A stretch of 64,000 nt of DNA, taken from assembly GCA_964651555.1 (NCBI GenBank), contig CAZYVY010000002.1:27682-91681 (forward strand), written 5' to 3'. The first letter of the stretch is position 1. Each line of letters opens with the position of its first letter. The translations under genes and the position numbers were made by a program. Under the pieces are notes generated by a model that had not been told where the DNA came from, ran no database searches, and was given only the letters and a program-made list of their open reading frames with translations. Positions 40,923-51,759 of this stretch are shown here, piece after piece. The stretch is from an uncultured Lachnospiraceae bacterium (GTDB taxonomy: Bacteria > Bacillota > Clostridia > Lachnospirales > Lachnospiraceae).

Positions 40923-41447
40923 CTATACCTTATTTTCTAACAACGAGTCAAAAAATTTCTCATTTTCTAAATCTAATTTCAGAAAATCAGCACCTGTCTC
41001 TTTTACCTCTAATACATGTTCTGCACCGATTATCTCACATAAATTTTCATAGTTTGTAGTCCCTCTGGCCGTATAAAACCATATCTGCTTTAACTTGTCT
41101 TCATCCTGTCTTAATACATAACGAATATTAACTCTTTCCATTGGAATCCCATCAGAACCGTCATCTTCTAATATATAATCTATAATTATAATTACGTGTT
41201 CTTCTTTTGAATTGATATAATCATCAAATGTTTTATTGAAATTAAGTAGTGAAACATGTTTTATATTAAAGTCCTGTTTTTTTAAGCTATTTATCCTCTG
41301 ATTTGCCTTCATTGTATCTGAGCAAAAATAACAAATATCAGGTTCTGATATTTCATATTTCGGATATTTCTTCTTAAATTCTACAAACTGATTTGCTAAG
41401 GAAATTGCGATGCCCAAATCGTCTTCCAAAATAACTATTTTATTCAT
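40923..41447 (-). CDS. Stand-alone receiver (REC)-like protein
   Basis: KIVILEDD, IIIDYIL (candidate phosphoacceptor Asp), FYTARG, downstream Lys. Confidence 0.6.
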   Translation of the reverse strand: MNKIVILEDDLGIAISLANQFVEFKKKYPKYEISEPDICYFCSDTMKANQRINSLKKQDFNIKHVSLLNFNKTFDDYINSKEEHVIIIIDYILEDDGSDGIPMERVNIRYVLRQDEDKLKQIWFYTARGTTNYENLCEIIGAEHVLEVKETGADFLKLDLENEKFFDSLLENKV

Positions 41448-41462
41448 ATAATTCCTCCTTGC

Positions 41463-44400
41463 TTATTCAAGCATATATTTTTCCATAAATATTGGAAGTT
41501 TAACTTGAAAATACTGTTTACCATCCTCATTTTGATAAGTATCCAATTGTATATCATATTTGGAACTCGTTAACTCTTGTATCCATTCCCTCACTCTTCG
41601 TATCTTATCAATATCATATTGCTCTTTATTAATATCTCTTTTTATATCTTTAAGCTTAGCCAATATAAGAGAGTTTATACTCTGCCGAATATAAGAATTT
41701 ACACTCCAAAGAGAAATACCGTCACTTTCAGAATCAGGAATCCGATACAATTTCTGTTTTATTTTATCTAACTCAACAATATCTTCACTTTCATTTTCTA
41801 CAACAAGCCAATCCTCTTTCAAATATATTTTTACTATAACACAGTCTTTCTTTTGTTGTATATCAGAATTTTCACGTTTACCACGATTTAATTCTGCCGC
41901 ATTTAAAATCAAAGCAAATAATAACAATTGCATCTGATGTTTAGAACTCGGATCAGCTCTGCAAAGTAAATTTTTTTCACCATCAATTTCTCCCACTTCC
42001 AATTTAATTGATACAGTATCAGACTCTGCTATACAATGTATATATGAACGCTTATCACTTATTATCCGAGAAAGTTCTTTCCACTTTAATGCATTTCTAA
42101 TACCACTATCATCTTTGTATGAATTTGCATTTAACCCACGTCTATAACATTGGCTAATAGTTAGATCTGCAAGCAATTTTAATATATAAGAGGGATAATT
42201 TGTAGAATATTTCTCCTTTTCTTTTTCATTATCATTAAAATATGCCAATGCCTGCTTATACAAGAAGTCTCTGGAATAATCTTTCGTATGTGTATATACT
42301 TTATGGCTGTTATATATACTTAATTTTTTTCTAGCTTGGAATATCTCTTTAATAAACTCATCATTTCCCGGATTAAAGATTTCCATTTTTAACTCTTGAT
42401 AAAACATCATAATTTTCCTAATTTCTTTTGCGATTATGATTCTATCCTTCTCTTTCCAGCCCAACTTACAGATATAAATCCATACCTTTTTATTATTCTC
42501 CATTTTCCAAAGCACCGAACCCTTAGCAGCATCAACTATATAATTACAGTTTTTCTGCTCTAATTTTTCAATCATTTTTTCAACTTCATTTGTTGCATCA
42601 GAAATTATATTTTCATCGCCTGAGGTTTCAGTAATTACACTATGATGTCGCTTACCTTTTACTTCTATTGTTTCCAATTTAATTTCTGGATTCTTTTTAT
42701 TAATCTCTCCAACTATATCATTGTATGTAGACTCAATCTCTTGCTTCCAAATACTTAAATTATTATCAGATTCATTCTCTATTACAAATTGAACACTATC
42801 AGCACGAAGAATAATCTTAAATAGTACTAATAGTAATTCTACCTTTTTCCAAATCTCTTTTTCATTATTTCTACAAAGCTTCATTACCTTTAAGCAACAA
42901 GCCAACATATCCAATCCTTCTTCATTTAATGTAGATGTCGAATCTATGTATCCTTCTTCACTTAAAATACTATAGAAATTCGAAAATTGGTAGATATCTG
43001 AATTTTGTTCGATACATTCGATAAATTTATTGTTTAATTCCCCTTTCTTACTTATTTTACTCAAATTTTCATATTCACGGTTTATTTCCTCTTTACAACA
43101 ATCTAATTTATCCATCCAATTAATTGTCGTTTTTTCCAAACTACTCAGAAAACTTTTGATATTTAAATTTCCTAGCGCAGGTAACGAATTTAACATTCCT
43201 TCTATCTTACTATTAATATAATATTTCTTTTCATCAGTTATTTCACTGTCGTTTATATAACTATCAAGCTCTTCCTTACACTTTTCCTCAAAGCTACCTA
43301 TTATTTTCAGAGCATGCTCATAGTTATAAACATTTACAAGTTCGCCTATTCTCTTATCTACAACATTAGCAAATTCATTGGATACTACATCTTTTCCATA
43401 AATCCTTTGATATAATTTCTCAATACCATCACGGAATGCTCTTGTATTTTCTAAAATCATCCATTCTTTAAAATCCTCGTCTATATAATTTAAACTGCTA
43501 GAACAAATAGTTTTATCCAACCAAATACTCTTATTCGTGTCAGAGCTTGCACCAACCAAACGATCAATTAATGCAATATAACGTTTTCTAAATTCGGCTT
43601 CATTTTCTCCACTCATAAATTTGAAAATTGCATCCATTTTTTCCGGACGGATAATATAATTACTCTTTAATTCTGTTAATTGCTTCATCAGTAACTTGAC
43701 AAGACATTTTTTATTTTCAACTGTTATATCGTCATTTTTTATGATGTTTTTATTTAGTCTATTTATTTCAACCACAATTATTCTTGTACTAAAATAAGAC
43801 TTTTCATTTTTAACCTCATCACTAACCATTTTAAGTTCCTTATTACATACGATTGCCTCTATCATTATTAGCATAATATCAAAAATAGCTTCTTTTACAG
43901 CTTTATTAAATACCAAAAAAGGACGCGAAATACATTTAATATATGATAAGAAAAACTCGAACTTATCATTTGAGCGCGTCTCAAAATCTGTATTTAATAG
44001 TTTTAAAATCAAATAAATTGCACGCACCTTATCATTACCATGATATTTTTCTTTCAAAACAAGCTGTGACATATGCGTACAAAATAATCGTCGAAACTGT
44101 TTATCATAATCCGGCGTCTTACTTCGCTCATTATATTCTTCAAGCGAATATAATGTGAATTTCTCTGCGTATTCTTTCCAATGCATTTCTATTGTTCTTG
44201 TCGAAGCTGTACGAAATAAAAGATCTGCCTCCTTTTTCAAATTACAATACACGCAAGAATCTCCATAATTCCGTAATGAAGATATGTTAATAGTAATATA
44301 TGAATAATAATCCCAAGACTCGTTTTGCACATACTGTCTTCTACTTTCTTGAGAATTACGATCTACCAAAACAAAAACTTTATCAAAAATATTAATATCT

Positions 44401-47400
44401 ATTTGCGATGAGTGATATTCTTTTATATTGAGTATAGAATGTATTAAGCTTTTTGCTCGGTGAAAGGTTCTACCACTTATAATAGCGTCATCCACGTAAT
44501 GAACTCTAACTACAGCCTTTGAATTTAGTGTATGTAACTGTTCTATATAATTTCTTAAATAAGAATATTTTGTGTAGGCGTTACATCTATATTCTTTGTC
44601 AAAATCAACACGTAAAAGAATAGCGTTTCCATCAAAAACAATGTTATTTACAATTTCAACAAATCCTGCATTACTATAATGCATAGGTGCAACAATGATA
44701 TTATATTGATTATTTCGATTAGTTTGTTCGTGCAAGTTTTGCTTGTTTTTCCAGAACTTTAATGATGTTATTATATTATCTTTTTCTTTGATACATATAT
44801 TTTCTGTTTTAAAATAATATAGAAAATGATTCTCATTTCTATGCACATGACCATATGTAAATTCTCGTCTTAAACACTCTAACTTACTTTGTTCGCTTCT
44901 TATTAATTCATAATCAACTTTAATATCTTCATATTCCTTTTTTTTAATAATTCCAAAAGCCTGATTAGGAATAGTGGATGCAGCATTAACTTCAACTAAT
45001 GGAATTTCCGCTACAGGATTTTGCGGAAAACATTGTTCACAGCTAGAAGGTTCACGATATTCAGCATCTACTTGTATAAAATATTGAGGTAATGGTTTAA
45101 TATTGTTTTTTAATAAACTAATTTCATTTTTCTTAAGTTTCCAGTATTGATTCTCTTTTGAACTACCAACCAAAATCACCGCATAATTTTTAATCAACCA
45201 GTCTTCTTCTGCTTGAATAATATTATTTTCCTCTTTATACAAATTAATTAAGCGCATATGCGTCTTTAATGTTGAATTAATTAATACAACAGTTGCAACT
45301 TTACGTTGTTGATAATACTTAATTCTATCATTCTTAGTCTCAAAATACTTATTATACCGAATTCTATCTTTATGTTGAAATCCTCTTCGTTCCTCCTCTC
45401 TTTCTAATATAATGTAATCTATATCTTTTTTGTTTGAATATAAATTACTAATCATCTCAATCATCTGAACCAAAACAGATTCTGAATAAGTACCATATCC
45501 ATACAATGTTATCTTGCTTATTGCATTTAACTCATCTTGCATATCTTTAACTAACAAAAATGCAAATCGCGAAACAAAAAGTTTATTTCCAAACAATATT
45601 TCTGCCTCATAAAATTTATCAATATGAATAGTAGAGCCTAATCTCATATGAGTATGTTCCAATTGACATCCAAATTCCTTCATCTGAATATTTTTTTCAA
45701 GAATTGCTTCGGTATAATGCTCAAATATGGTTTGAGTTTTTCCATTAATATTTACTTTCCCTAAAACATCACATGGAATATATTTTTTTGCTCCTTGATT
45801 TAAATCTATATTATAATCCGGAATATTTACAATCCACTGCTCAGAAGCAATACATTTCATATGAGAAACATATCCATTTATATCATTTGTACTTTTTGCA
45901 CTACTCAAATCCAAAACAGTTTCTTCAAAGCCACTTGTATATAGTACAATTTGTACTTTTCTTCCATAAAACATTCCTTCGATTTCTGCATTCTGATAAA
46001 AGATACTTAAAGTGTCAAAAAAATTCTTTTTTAAATTATCGCTACATTGATACAACACAACTACAATATCTTTTTTTACCAAAAACAAAGCTATAACAAT
46101 TGCTTTTGCTATAACTTCTCCCCAATTATCAAGTGCATCATTTAATGAAAAATAAATAATATTTTTATTTTCTGAATTAAGTATGCTTTGTATATTAATG
46201 GACAAATTGTCAATATATTTGTTTTTTATTTCCTGTGTTAACGACACCCCTATATCAAATTTTAAATCTGACTGCTCTGACGTATAATTAATATATTCGG
46301 TAATTTTGCTACTTATGTCTATCCCACTGTCCAGACTTAAATCCTGTTGCTTAATTGCCTGTTGTACATTTTCTATCGGAAAAACAATGTGATATCTTGT
46401 TCCGGGCATACAAATATGACTAGCATAAGTAGCATATGAGTAGTAGCACTCTCCCGCCCGTCGCTCATAACTACTATGACTTTCAGCACCAAATAGACCA
46501 TTATAATTCGTAGTAATTGTATTAAAAATACGTAACCCAAAATGTTTACCTATATGCTCAGGTCTACGATAATATTGTTTCCAAATATTGGCTGTATTTT
46601 TGTTATTATCATGTTCAAAGAAATCAATAGGCTTAATATCTTTAAATAATTTTTTATATTCTATATCTTCCAAATTATGTACAAAACTTTCAGCAATATT
46701 TCCTCCCTTGTTGTCTCCGCAAAAATCGCCTATAAATATTTCTAAGAAATTACAGGAAGAAATTTTAGTTTTATACTTATCTTCTACATATTTTGAAGCC
46801 TTATTATGTACTCGAAAAGCGAGCACTCCATTCTTACTTTTCGAATGAAAAACTATATTTTCTGATAATTGTCGAATGGCGTTTGAATATTGCTGCATCT
46901 GATATGCATACTGCTCTATAATTGATAATGATAATTCTTCTTTTTGATTTGCAAGTATATAACAAAATAAAACAAATGCTAATACATCTAATTGTTTCCA
47001 TATTTGGGTATTTCTAATATGTTCTATAGATTTCTTATTTGCATCACGTAATATTTTAAACGATCCATTTAACAAATCATCATTTTCAATATTGCAATAT
47101 CTTATTTCGCCTTTATCATTTATCTCAAAATTATTGCATTTTTGAAAGAATCTTTGCACATTTTCTGAATTTATAACTTGCAAAGGTGTAAATACTCTTG
47201 AAAAATTAATATTATTCTTTTGCGCCCTCTTAAGCTGGTTATTATAAATAAAAAAGCAGTCTTCATAAAATTTACTATCAATCATCCCAACAGAATATAA
47301 AAACTGAGAAATTTTATAATATTTCTCATTATCACAATTGGGAAATAAAATATAAATATTTAATCCTTTATAATAATTTTTAAGTAAATAAAGATTACTT

Positions 47401-47702
47401 AAATCAATAATATCCGCCTTTTCATTAACCCAAATACAATATACTTTCTCATAATAATCAGGTGTGTCTTTAATATTTTCAGGGTGATTGATTTTATGAA
47501 AACTATTCTTTTTATTTACAATGGATTTAATCCAGTCTTTTGAACCTTCAATTTCATTCTCCCGAAAAAAATTGAACATAACCCTTTTTGCTTCATCACT
47601 ATTAATCTGTAACTTTTGTTCACACTTATATATAAAATTAGCTACTTCGCCATAGCTCTGTTCGTTATCTACTTCTAAACAAAACACAATTGTATTCTTC
47701 AT
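41463..47702 (-). CDS. 2079-aa multidomain protein: GHKL ATPase, two PRTase-like domains, C-terminal histidine-kinase-like GHKL
   Basis: QLSENIVFHS, GD..G...GNI, HFGL, PGTRY (N-terminal GHKL); HMRLGS.IHIDKFY and VHYVDDAIISGRTF (PRTase); LILNAAE, DGISL, FQVKLP (C-terminal GHKL). Confidence 0.65.
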   Translation of the reverse strand: MKNTIVFCLEVDNEQSYGEVANFIYKCEQKLQINSDEAKRVMFNFFRENEIEGSKDWIKSIVNKKNSFHKINHPENIKDTPDYYEKVYCIWVNEKADIIDLSNLYLLKNYYKGLNIYILFPNCDNEKYYKISQFLYSVGMIDSKFYEDCFFIYNNQLKRAQKNNINFSRVFTPLQVINSENVQRFFQKCNNFEINDKGEIRYCNIENDDLLNGSFKILRDANKKSIEHIRNTQIWKQLDVLAFVLFCYILANQKEELSLSIIEQYAYQMQQYSNAIRQLSENIVFHSKSKNGVLAFRVHNKASKYVEDKYKTKISSCNFLEIFIGDFCGDNKGGNIAESFVHNLEDIEYKKLFKDIKPIDFFEHDNNKNTANIWKQYYRRPEHIGKHFGLRIFNTITTNYNGLFGAESHSSYERRAGECYYSYATYASHICMPGTRYHIVFPIENVQQAIKQQDLSLDSGIDISSKITEYINYTSEQSDLKFDIGVSLTQEIKNKYIDNLSINIQSILNSENKNIIYFSLNDALDNWGEVIAKAIVIALFLVKKDIVVVLYQCSDNLKKNFFDTLSIFYQNAEIEGMFYGRKVQIVLYTSGFEETVLDLSSAKSTNDINGYVSHMKCIASEQWIVNIPDYNIDLNQGAKKYIPCDVLGKVNINGKTQTIFEHYTEAILEKNIQMKEFGCQLEHTHMRLGSTIHIDKFYEAEILFGNKLFVSRFAFLLVKDMQDELNAISKITLYGYGTYSESVLVQMIEMISNLYSNKKDIDYIILEREEERRGFQHKDRIRYNKYFETKNDRIKYYQQRKVATVVLINSTLKTHMRLINLYKEENNIIQAEEDWLIKNYAVILVGSSKENQYWKLKKNEISLLKNNIKPLPQYFIQVDAEYREPSSCEQCFPQNPVAEIPLVEVNAASTIPNQAFGIIKKKEYEDIKVDYELIRSEQSKLECLRREFTYGHVHRNENHFLYYFKTENICIKEKDNIITSLKFWKNKQNLHEQTNRNNQYNIIVAPMHYSNAGFVEIVNNIVFDGNAILLRVDFDKEYRCNAYTKYSYLRNYIEQLHTLNSKAVVRVHYVDDAIISGRTFHRAKSLIHSILNIKEYHSSQIDINIFDKVFVLVDRNSQESRRQYVQNESWDYYSYITINISSLRNYGDSCVYCNLKKEADLLFRTASTRTIEMHWKEYAEKFTLYSLEEYNERSKTPDYDKQFRRLFCTHMSQLVLKEKYHGNDKVRAIYLILKLLNTDFETRSNDKFEFFLSYIKCISRPFLVFNKAVKEAIFDIMLIMIEAIVCNKELKMVSDEVKNEKSYFSTRIIVVEINRLNKNIIKNDDITVENKKCLVKLLMKQLTELKSNYIIRPEKMDAIFKFMSGENEAEFRKRYIALIDRLVGASSDTNKSIWLDKTICSSSLNYIDEDFKEWMILENTRAFRDGIEKLYQRIYGKDVVSNEFANVVDKRIGELVNVYNYEHALKIIGSFEEKCKEELDSYINDSEITDEKKYYINSKIEGMLNSLPALGNLNIKSFLSSLEKTTINWMDKLDCCKEEINREYENLSKISKKGELNNKFIECIEQNSDIYQFSNFYSILSEEGYIDSTSTLNEEGLDMLACCLKVMKLCRNNEKEIWKKVELLLVLFKIILRADSVQFVIENESDNNLSIWKQEIESTYNDIVGEINKKNPEIKLETIEVKGKRHHSVITETSGDENIISDATNEVEKMIEKLEQKNCNYIVDAAKGSVLWKMENNKKVWIYICKLGWKEKDRIIIAKEIRKIMMFYQELKMEIFNPGNDEFIKEIFQARKKLSIYNSHKVYTHTKDYSRDFLYKQALAYFNDNEKEKEKYSTNYPSYILKLLADLTISQCYRRGLNANSYKDDSGIRNALKWKELSRIISDKRSYIHCIAESDTVSIKLEVGEIDGEKNLLCRADPSSKHQMQLLLFALILNAAELNRGKRENSDIQQKKDCVIVKIYLKEDWLVVENESEDIVELDKIKQKLYRIPDSESDGISLWSVNSYIRQSINSLILAKLKDIKRDINKEQYDIDKIRRVREWIQELTSSKYDIQLDTYQNEDGKQYFQVKLPIFMEKYMLE

Positions 47703-47746
47703 TTGTTTCTCCTCTTGTTTTTTCTTTATATTGAATAACGATTTTT

Positions 47747-47788
47747 AGCTATTTGCCGTAAAAAATATTTTTACAGCAAATAGCTTTT
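47747..47788. terminator. Hairpin at the island edge
   Basis: AGCTATTTGCCGTAAAAA/TTTTTACAGCAAATAGCT inverted repeat. Confidence 0.6.
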
Positions 47789-47858
47789 TAACAAATAGTA
47801 AGATGCTCTGCAAATCAACATATATTCAAATGACTAAATTTACAAACTTCATTTTTAC

Positions 47859-48269
47859 CTACGGTATTCTTTCCGTCAAAACAAAATCAAATGTCAACTG
47901 CTTGTAAATATCCTCAATATCTCCTTCTTTGGTAGTAGCAGTCCCTTCGTACGTAACTACCGTCCTTCCGCCGGTTATTTCCACTTTAGATGCTACATTG
48001 ATTGGTTTCACATATGTATGTAACCATTCATCTACATGTGAAGTTTCTTCAGCCCATTCAGAAAGATAACCTTCCATTTGAGGAGATATACCAAATATAG
48101 ACTTGCTCACTATTGTATATCTCGGAGAAGATATATATAAATCCTCTCCTATCGTCTCTGTTAACACGATTTCTATATTCGGATTAAAATAATAATGTAA
48201 ATGATATCCACCTATTGCTATCAACAGTAATACTACAATAGCCACTAAAAAACATACTTTTTTTTTCAT
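47859..48269 (-). CDS. Hypothetical membrane-anchored/secreted protein
   Basis: MKKK plus hydrophobic segment; AAGGAG RBS. Confidence 0.7.
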   Translation of the reverse strand: MKKKVCFLVAIVVLLLIAIGGYHLHYYFNPNIEIVLTETIGEDLYISSPRYTIVSKSIFGISPQMEGYLSEWAEETSHVDEWLHTYVKPINVASKVEITGGRTVVTYEGTATTKEGDIEDIYKQLTFDFVLTERIP

Positions 48270-48281
48270 TCACAACGCTCC

Positions 48282-48959
48282 TTAATCGTACAAAGGTGTA
48301 GTCCATATCTTTAATGTAAATGATTCTATCGCACTGGATTTCTCAATATCAAATCTAGCATAAGGACTGGTACTTCCAACATACTGAATACCAAATCCAC
48401 CAATATCGGAACAATCCTTACTGGTATATTTTTGTTCTGACCATTCATCAAAAATCAAATCATAATAGTGATACACAATTGTTACCTTTTTTCCTGCGAA
48501 AATATTCTCCTTCACTATATCAGAGGTTTCTATTCGAATAGTTTTATGTTGACTATGAAACTTTAATACCTGAGTTGTAAATGATGTAGCATTTGCGAAT
48601 GATACGCTGGCTGTGTATTTATTAGAAGCTAATGTTGCTGCTCCTGTAGACAAATCTACATAAGAAGTCGGCACAGCTCTACTCATGGTATCAGCTAAAA
48701 TCTGATTTAACTCCTCTATCTTTTCCGGATCCGTAACACGTAAGTGTTCTAATGGCAATGCCAAATATATTTTTTCATCATTAACATAATGATATGGATT
48801 ACCTTCTTCATCAAGATAATATTCAATAACACTTCCATCAATATCTACGTATTCATACATACTATCTGCGGTATCTTGCGCATATACTGGCAATACCATA
48901 GTTGCACACATAACCAATACACACGTTACCATTTTAGATAATTTTTTTAATCTTTTCAT
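48282..48959 (-). CDS. Hypothetical secreted protein
   Basis: Signal peptide ending PVYA; AAGGAG RBS. Confidence 0.7.
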   Translation of the reverse strand: MKRLKKLSKMVTCVLVMCATMVLPVYAQDTADSMYEYVDIDGSVIEYYLDEEGNPYHYVNDEKIYLALPLEHLRVTDPEKIEELNQILADTMSRAVPTSYVDLSTGAATLASNKYTASVSFANATSFTTQVLKFHSQHKTIRIETSDIVKENIFAGKKVTIVYHYYDLIFDEWSEQKYTSKDCSDIGGFGIQYVGSTSPYARFDIEKSSAIESFTLKIWTTPLYD

Positions 48960-49129
48960 GTTTTATTTCTCCTTAATATATTTTGTATGCTGTTTCTACA
49001 GTTTTTCTTGTCTGTTCACTCTACTCATTATTTTTTATACAGAAATTCGCTTTGCCATATTCTCAATAATTAATTAAGTATTGTGAGTTGTTACATTTCA
49101 GAATATTTTAAAGATAGACTTTGTCTACC

Positions 49130-51337
49130 CTAATTTATCGTTTCATCCAAATACAACTGAACTCGATTATCCAATTTCTCCGCTGCATCTTGCGCCGAAA
49201 TTGCTCCTGCGAAATAAGGTTCCAATTCTTCAGAAATCATTCCTTCTATTGCCTCTGCGTTGTAATTAGCAGGTTCTGCATGCTCAATCATAAAATAAAA
49301 CTGCTCTATCATTGCATCCGTATAAAGTATATCCGCGTAAACCGTACCGCTGTCAGTATGAATAATATTATCCTGATCTTTTTCCAGTTGCACTTCCACC
49401 AGCGTATCAAATGCTTTAAGTGCTATCGGAAATTCTGTAAAATGTCCGTAAAGAGATGTTACCCCTTCTTCTTCCATTTGTTCCATAGCATTATACGTAA
49501 CATATTTTTGCTGTTCTTCTTCTGATATGATAAATTTCAGAAACTCTTTAGCACCCTCTTTACAATCAGATGCTGCATTTAAATACAACGTTTTAGGTTC
49601 AACATAAATCCCATTCCCTTCACTTTTGGGATACCCAATAAACATAGCACCTTCTTCAAAATATGTATAAGCACTCTTAATGCGTTGTAATTCTTCAAAT
49701 GCAACTATCGTTTTAGCAAAAGCCTGCTGTTCTCCCTCCTGGGTATCCGCATACGCTTTTGCAAACTCTAATACATTTATAAAATCTTCCTCTGTTAAAA
49801 AACTCTCTCCGTTTTCCCAATTTATAAATTCTGTATTGGAATTATCATATAAGGCATACTTGCATATGATATCAACACCATCCATGCCTTCCTGTAATAT
49901 TTCAGCATCCGAATTCTCTACAATTTGTATAAGTTCCGATAAATTCCATGCTGTTCTTCCGTTCGTTGTATCTGCCGAATAAGCTACAACATCAAAGGAA
50001 CATTCATAAGGAATTCCATAAAAACTTCCATCTATTTCAGAAGCTTTCAGCGCAGCTTCCAGATACATACTCCGATCCTCAATTACGTCATCCAAGCATT
50101 CCAAATATCCATTTTCTACATAATCTGAGACATTTGTAACCATATCATGCCCAAGGATATCCGGTCCCTTATCGGCTGCCATATCCATTTGAATGCGTTT
50201 TCGGAAAGCCTCCTCCTCTTCATCTTCTTCAGGCAACATAACCGTTACATGATAATAATCATTTTGTCTGTTAAAACGGGCAATACTTTTATCCAAGCCC
50301 AAGTGCGGAGTAGCAAATGCTATTACAATTTCCTGCTTCTCTATAGGTTCGTCAATTTCAGTCATTCGAAGAAACATAAGCTCTCCGTCCATTTTTACCA
50401 AAAAGAGGATTTCTTCATCACTAACGATTTCCATTCCATATAATTCATTGATATAATATCCATTTACCGCAAATTGAAATACTTTCTGCGGCACACCATC
50501 AATCACACGCCAAACATTTTGTGTATCGGCCATAAAAATAGTATCGCCGGAAGAAATCCCCGCTTTATACTCTGTTGCAAGACCTTCAATACTTTCAAAA
50601 AGGATTTTCTCATCGGTTAAGCTACCCATAATCGGTTTGTTATCAGCACCATTTCCATACCAGTATACCGTTGCATTCGGACTTCCCTGCAAAATACCAT
50701 ATATTTCTTTGGTTGCTTCTACAGTTCCAGTTTCATTTAAATTAGAATCATAACAATTTAACACCTTGCTATTTCCTGAGAAACTGTAAAAATTGCCATC
50801 CTTATCTCTGGTAAGCACACTTGTCAATGGATCCCAGTCCTTTGCAAAGTTCTCGGGAACCTTACAAAGCACCTCTTCAACACCATTCGCACCTATCCTG
50901 CATAAGTAATTAGCATCATCCAGAATATACGATTGTACGTACATTTCATTATCTGCCGAATCTGAAATTTGAGAGTTAATACCATCATATTTTGTGCCAT
51001 TACATTCAAATGCACTATTTATGACATCAATACTCTCCCACACTCCCGTATTTTCATCCATTATCTGAATATAAAAATCAGTATTCTGATGTTTCTCATC
51101 ATATATAGCAACAGTACACAAGACGTCTTTACCAAACAGTATGGGACTGCTGCATAACACATGCCCACCTTCCGGCACAGAGATTGAATCCTCAACATCC
51201 GGAACTATACTTTCTTCTATGGCATAGTAATAACCCGATATTTCTTCTTTTACCATTTCATCTGAAACTGAGTCACTACATCCTGTTATAATGAATGCCA
51301 ATAATAGAAATAAACCGATGAGATTTCCTTTTTTCAT
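49130..51337 (-). CDS. Large lipoprotein with C-terminal family-1 extracellular solute-binding domain
   Basis: Lipobox ITGC; FN..N..Y.V, GPDI, G.LE.L, DG..YGIP, I.EE...YF.G..S...AA..L.NRVQLYL.E. Confidence 0.8.
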   Translation of the reverse strand: MKKGNLIGLFLLLAFIITGCSDSVSDEMVKEEISGYYYAIEESIVPDVEDSISVPEGGHVLCSSPILFGKDVLCTVAIYDEKHQNTDFYIQIMDENTGVWESIDVINSAFECNGTKYDGINSQISDSADNEMYVQSYILDDANYLCRIGANGVEEVLCKVPENFAKDWDPLTSVLTRDKDGNFYSFSGNSKVLNCYDSNLNETGTVEATKEIYGILQGSPNATVYWYGNGADNKPIMGSLTDEKILFESIEGLATEYKAGISSGDTIFMADTQNVWRVIDGVPQKVFQFAVNGYYINELYGMEIVSDEEILFLVKMDGELMFLRMTEIDEPIEKQEIVIAFATPHLGLDKSIARFNRQNDYYHVTVMLPEEDEEEEAFRKRIQMDMAADKGPDILGHDMVTNVSDYVENGYLECLDDVIEDRSMYLEAALKASEIDGSFYGIPYECSFDVVAYSADTTNGRTAWNLSELIQIVENSDAEILQEGMDGVDIICKYALYDNSNTEFINWENGESFLTEEDFINVLEFAKAYADTQEGEQQAFAKTIVAFEELQRIKSAYTYFEEGAMFIGYPKSEGNGIYVEPKTLYLNAASDCKEGAKEFLKFIISEEEQQKYVTYNAMEQMEEEGVTSLYGHFTEFPIALKAFDTLVEVQLEKDQDNIIHTDSGTVYADILYTDAMIEQFYFMIEHAEPANYNAEAIEGMISEELEPYFAGAISAQDAAEKLDNRVQLYLDETIN

Positions 51338-51368
51338 ATAAAACTCCTACAAATCCAAAGAGATAATC

Positions 51369-51677
51369 TTACTGTCCGCAACTGCTATGTATAGTAACAC
51401 CATATGTATCAACATACTGAGAACCACAACCGCACTTGTACACTTTTCCATACTTATGAATCGTAACTGTGCAGCTAGCAGTTATAGCCTGTCCATTTTG
51501 ATATCCGGCAGTATAAGTATGTGTCCCTGCATTCTGTGTTCCATAATCCTTCAATTCAACATATGAGTATGAACATACATGACTACGCTCTGCTGCATAA
51601 ACCATCATGCTTGTTCCAAAAAGCATAATACTAATTACTAATATTGCCATTACTTTTCTTAAATTTGATTTTCTCAT
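51369..51677 (-). CDS. Small secreted Cys/His-containing protein
   Basis: Signal peptide ending VYA; HVC, C, KCGCG, HSSCG. Confidence 0.7.
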   Translation of the reverse strand: MRKSNLRKVMAILVISIMLFGTSMMVYAAERSHVCSYSYVELKDYGTQNAGTHTYTAGYQNGQAITASCTVTIHKYGKVYKCGCGSQYVDTYGVTIHSSCGQ

Positions 51678-51759
51678 AAAATCTCCTTTCTAAATAAAAC
51701 TATTGTCTACTACTCTCAATACACTTTTTCTCATCCTACAAAGATTGACTCAAATCAAT

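Noticed and set aside
47733..47765. Sixth ECF promoter upstream of the 2079-aa gene
   Set aside because: CGTTA is present but there is no TGT(A/C)ACAAA at the required distance
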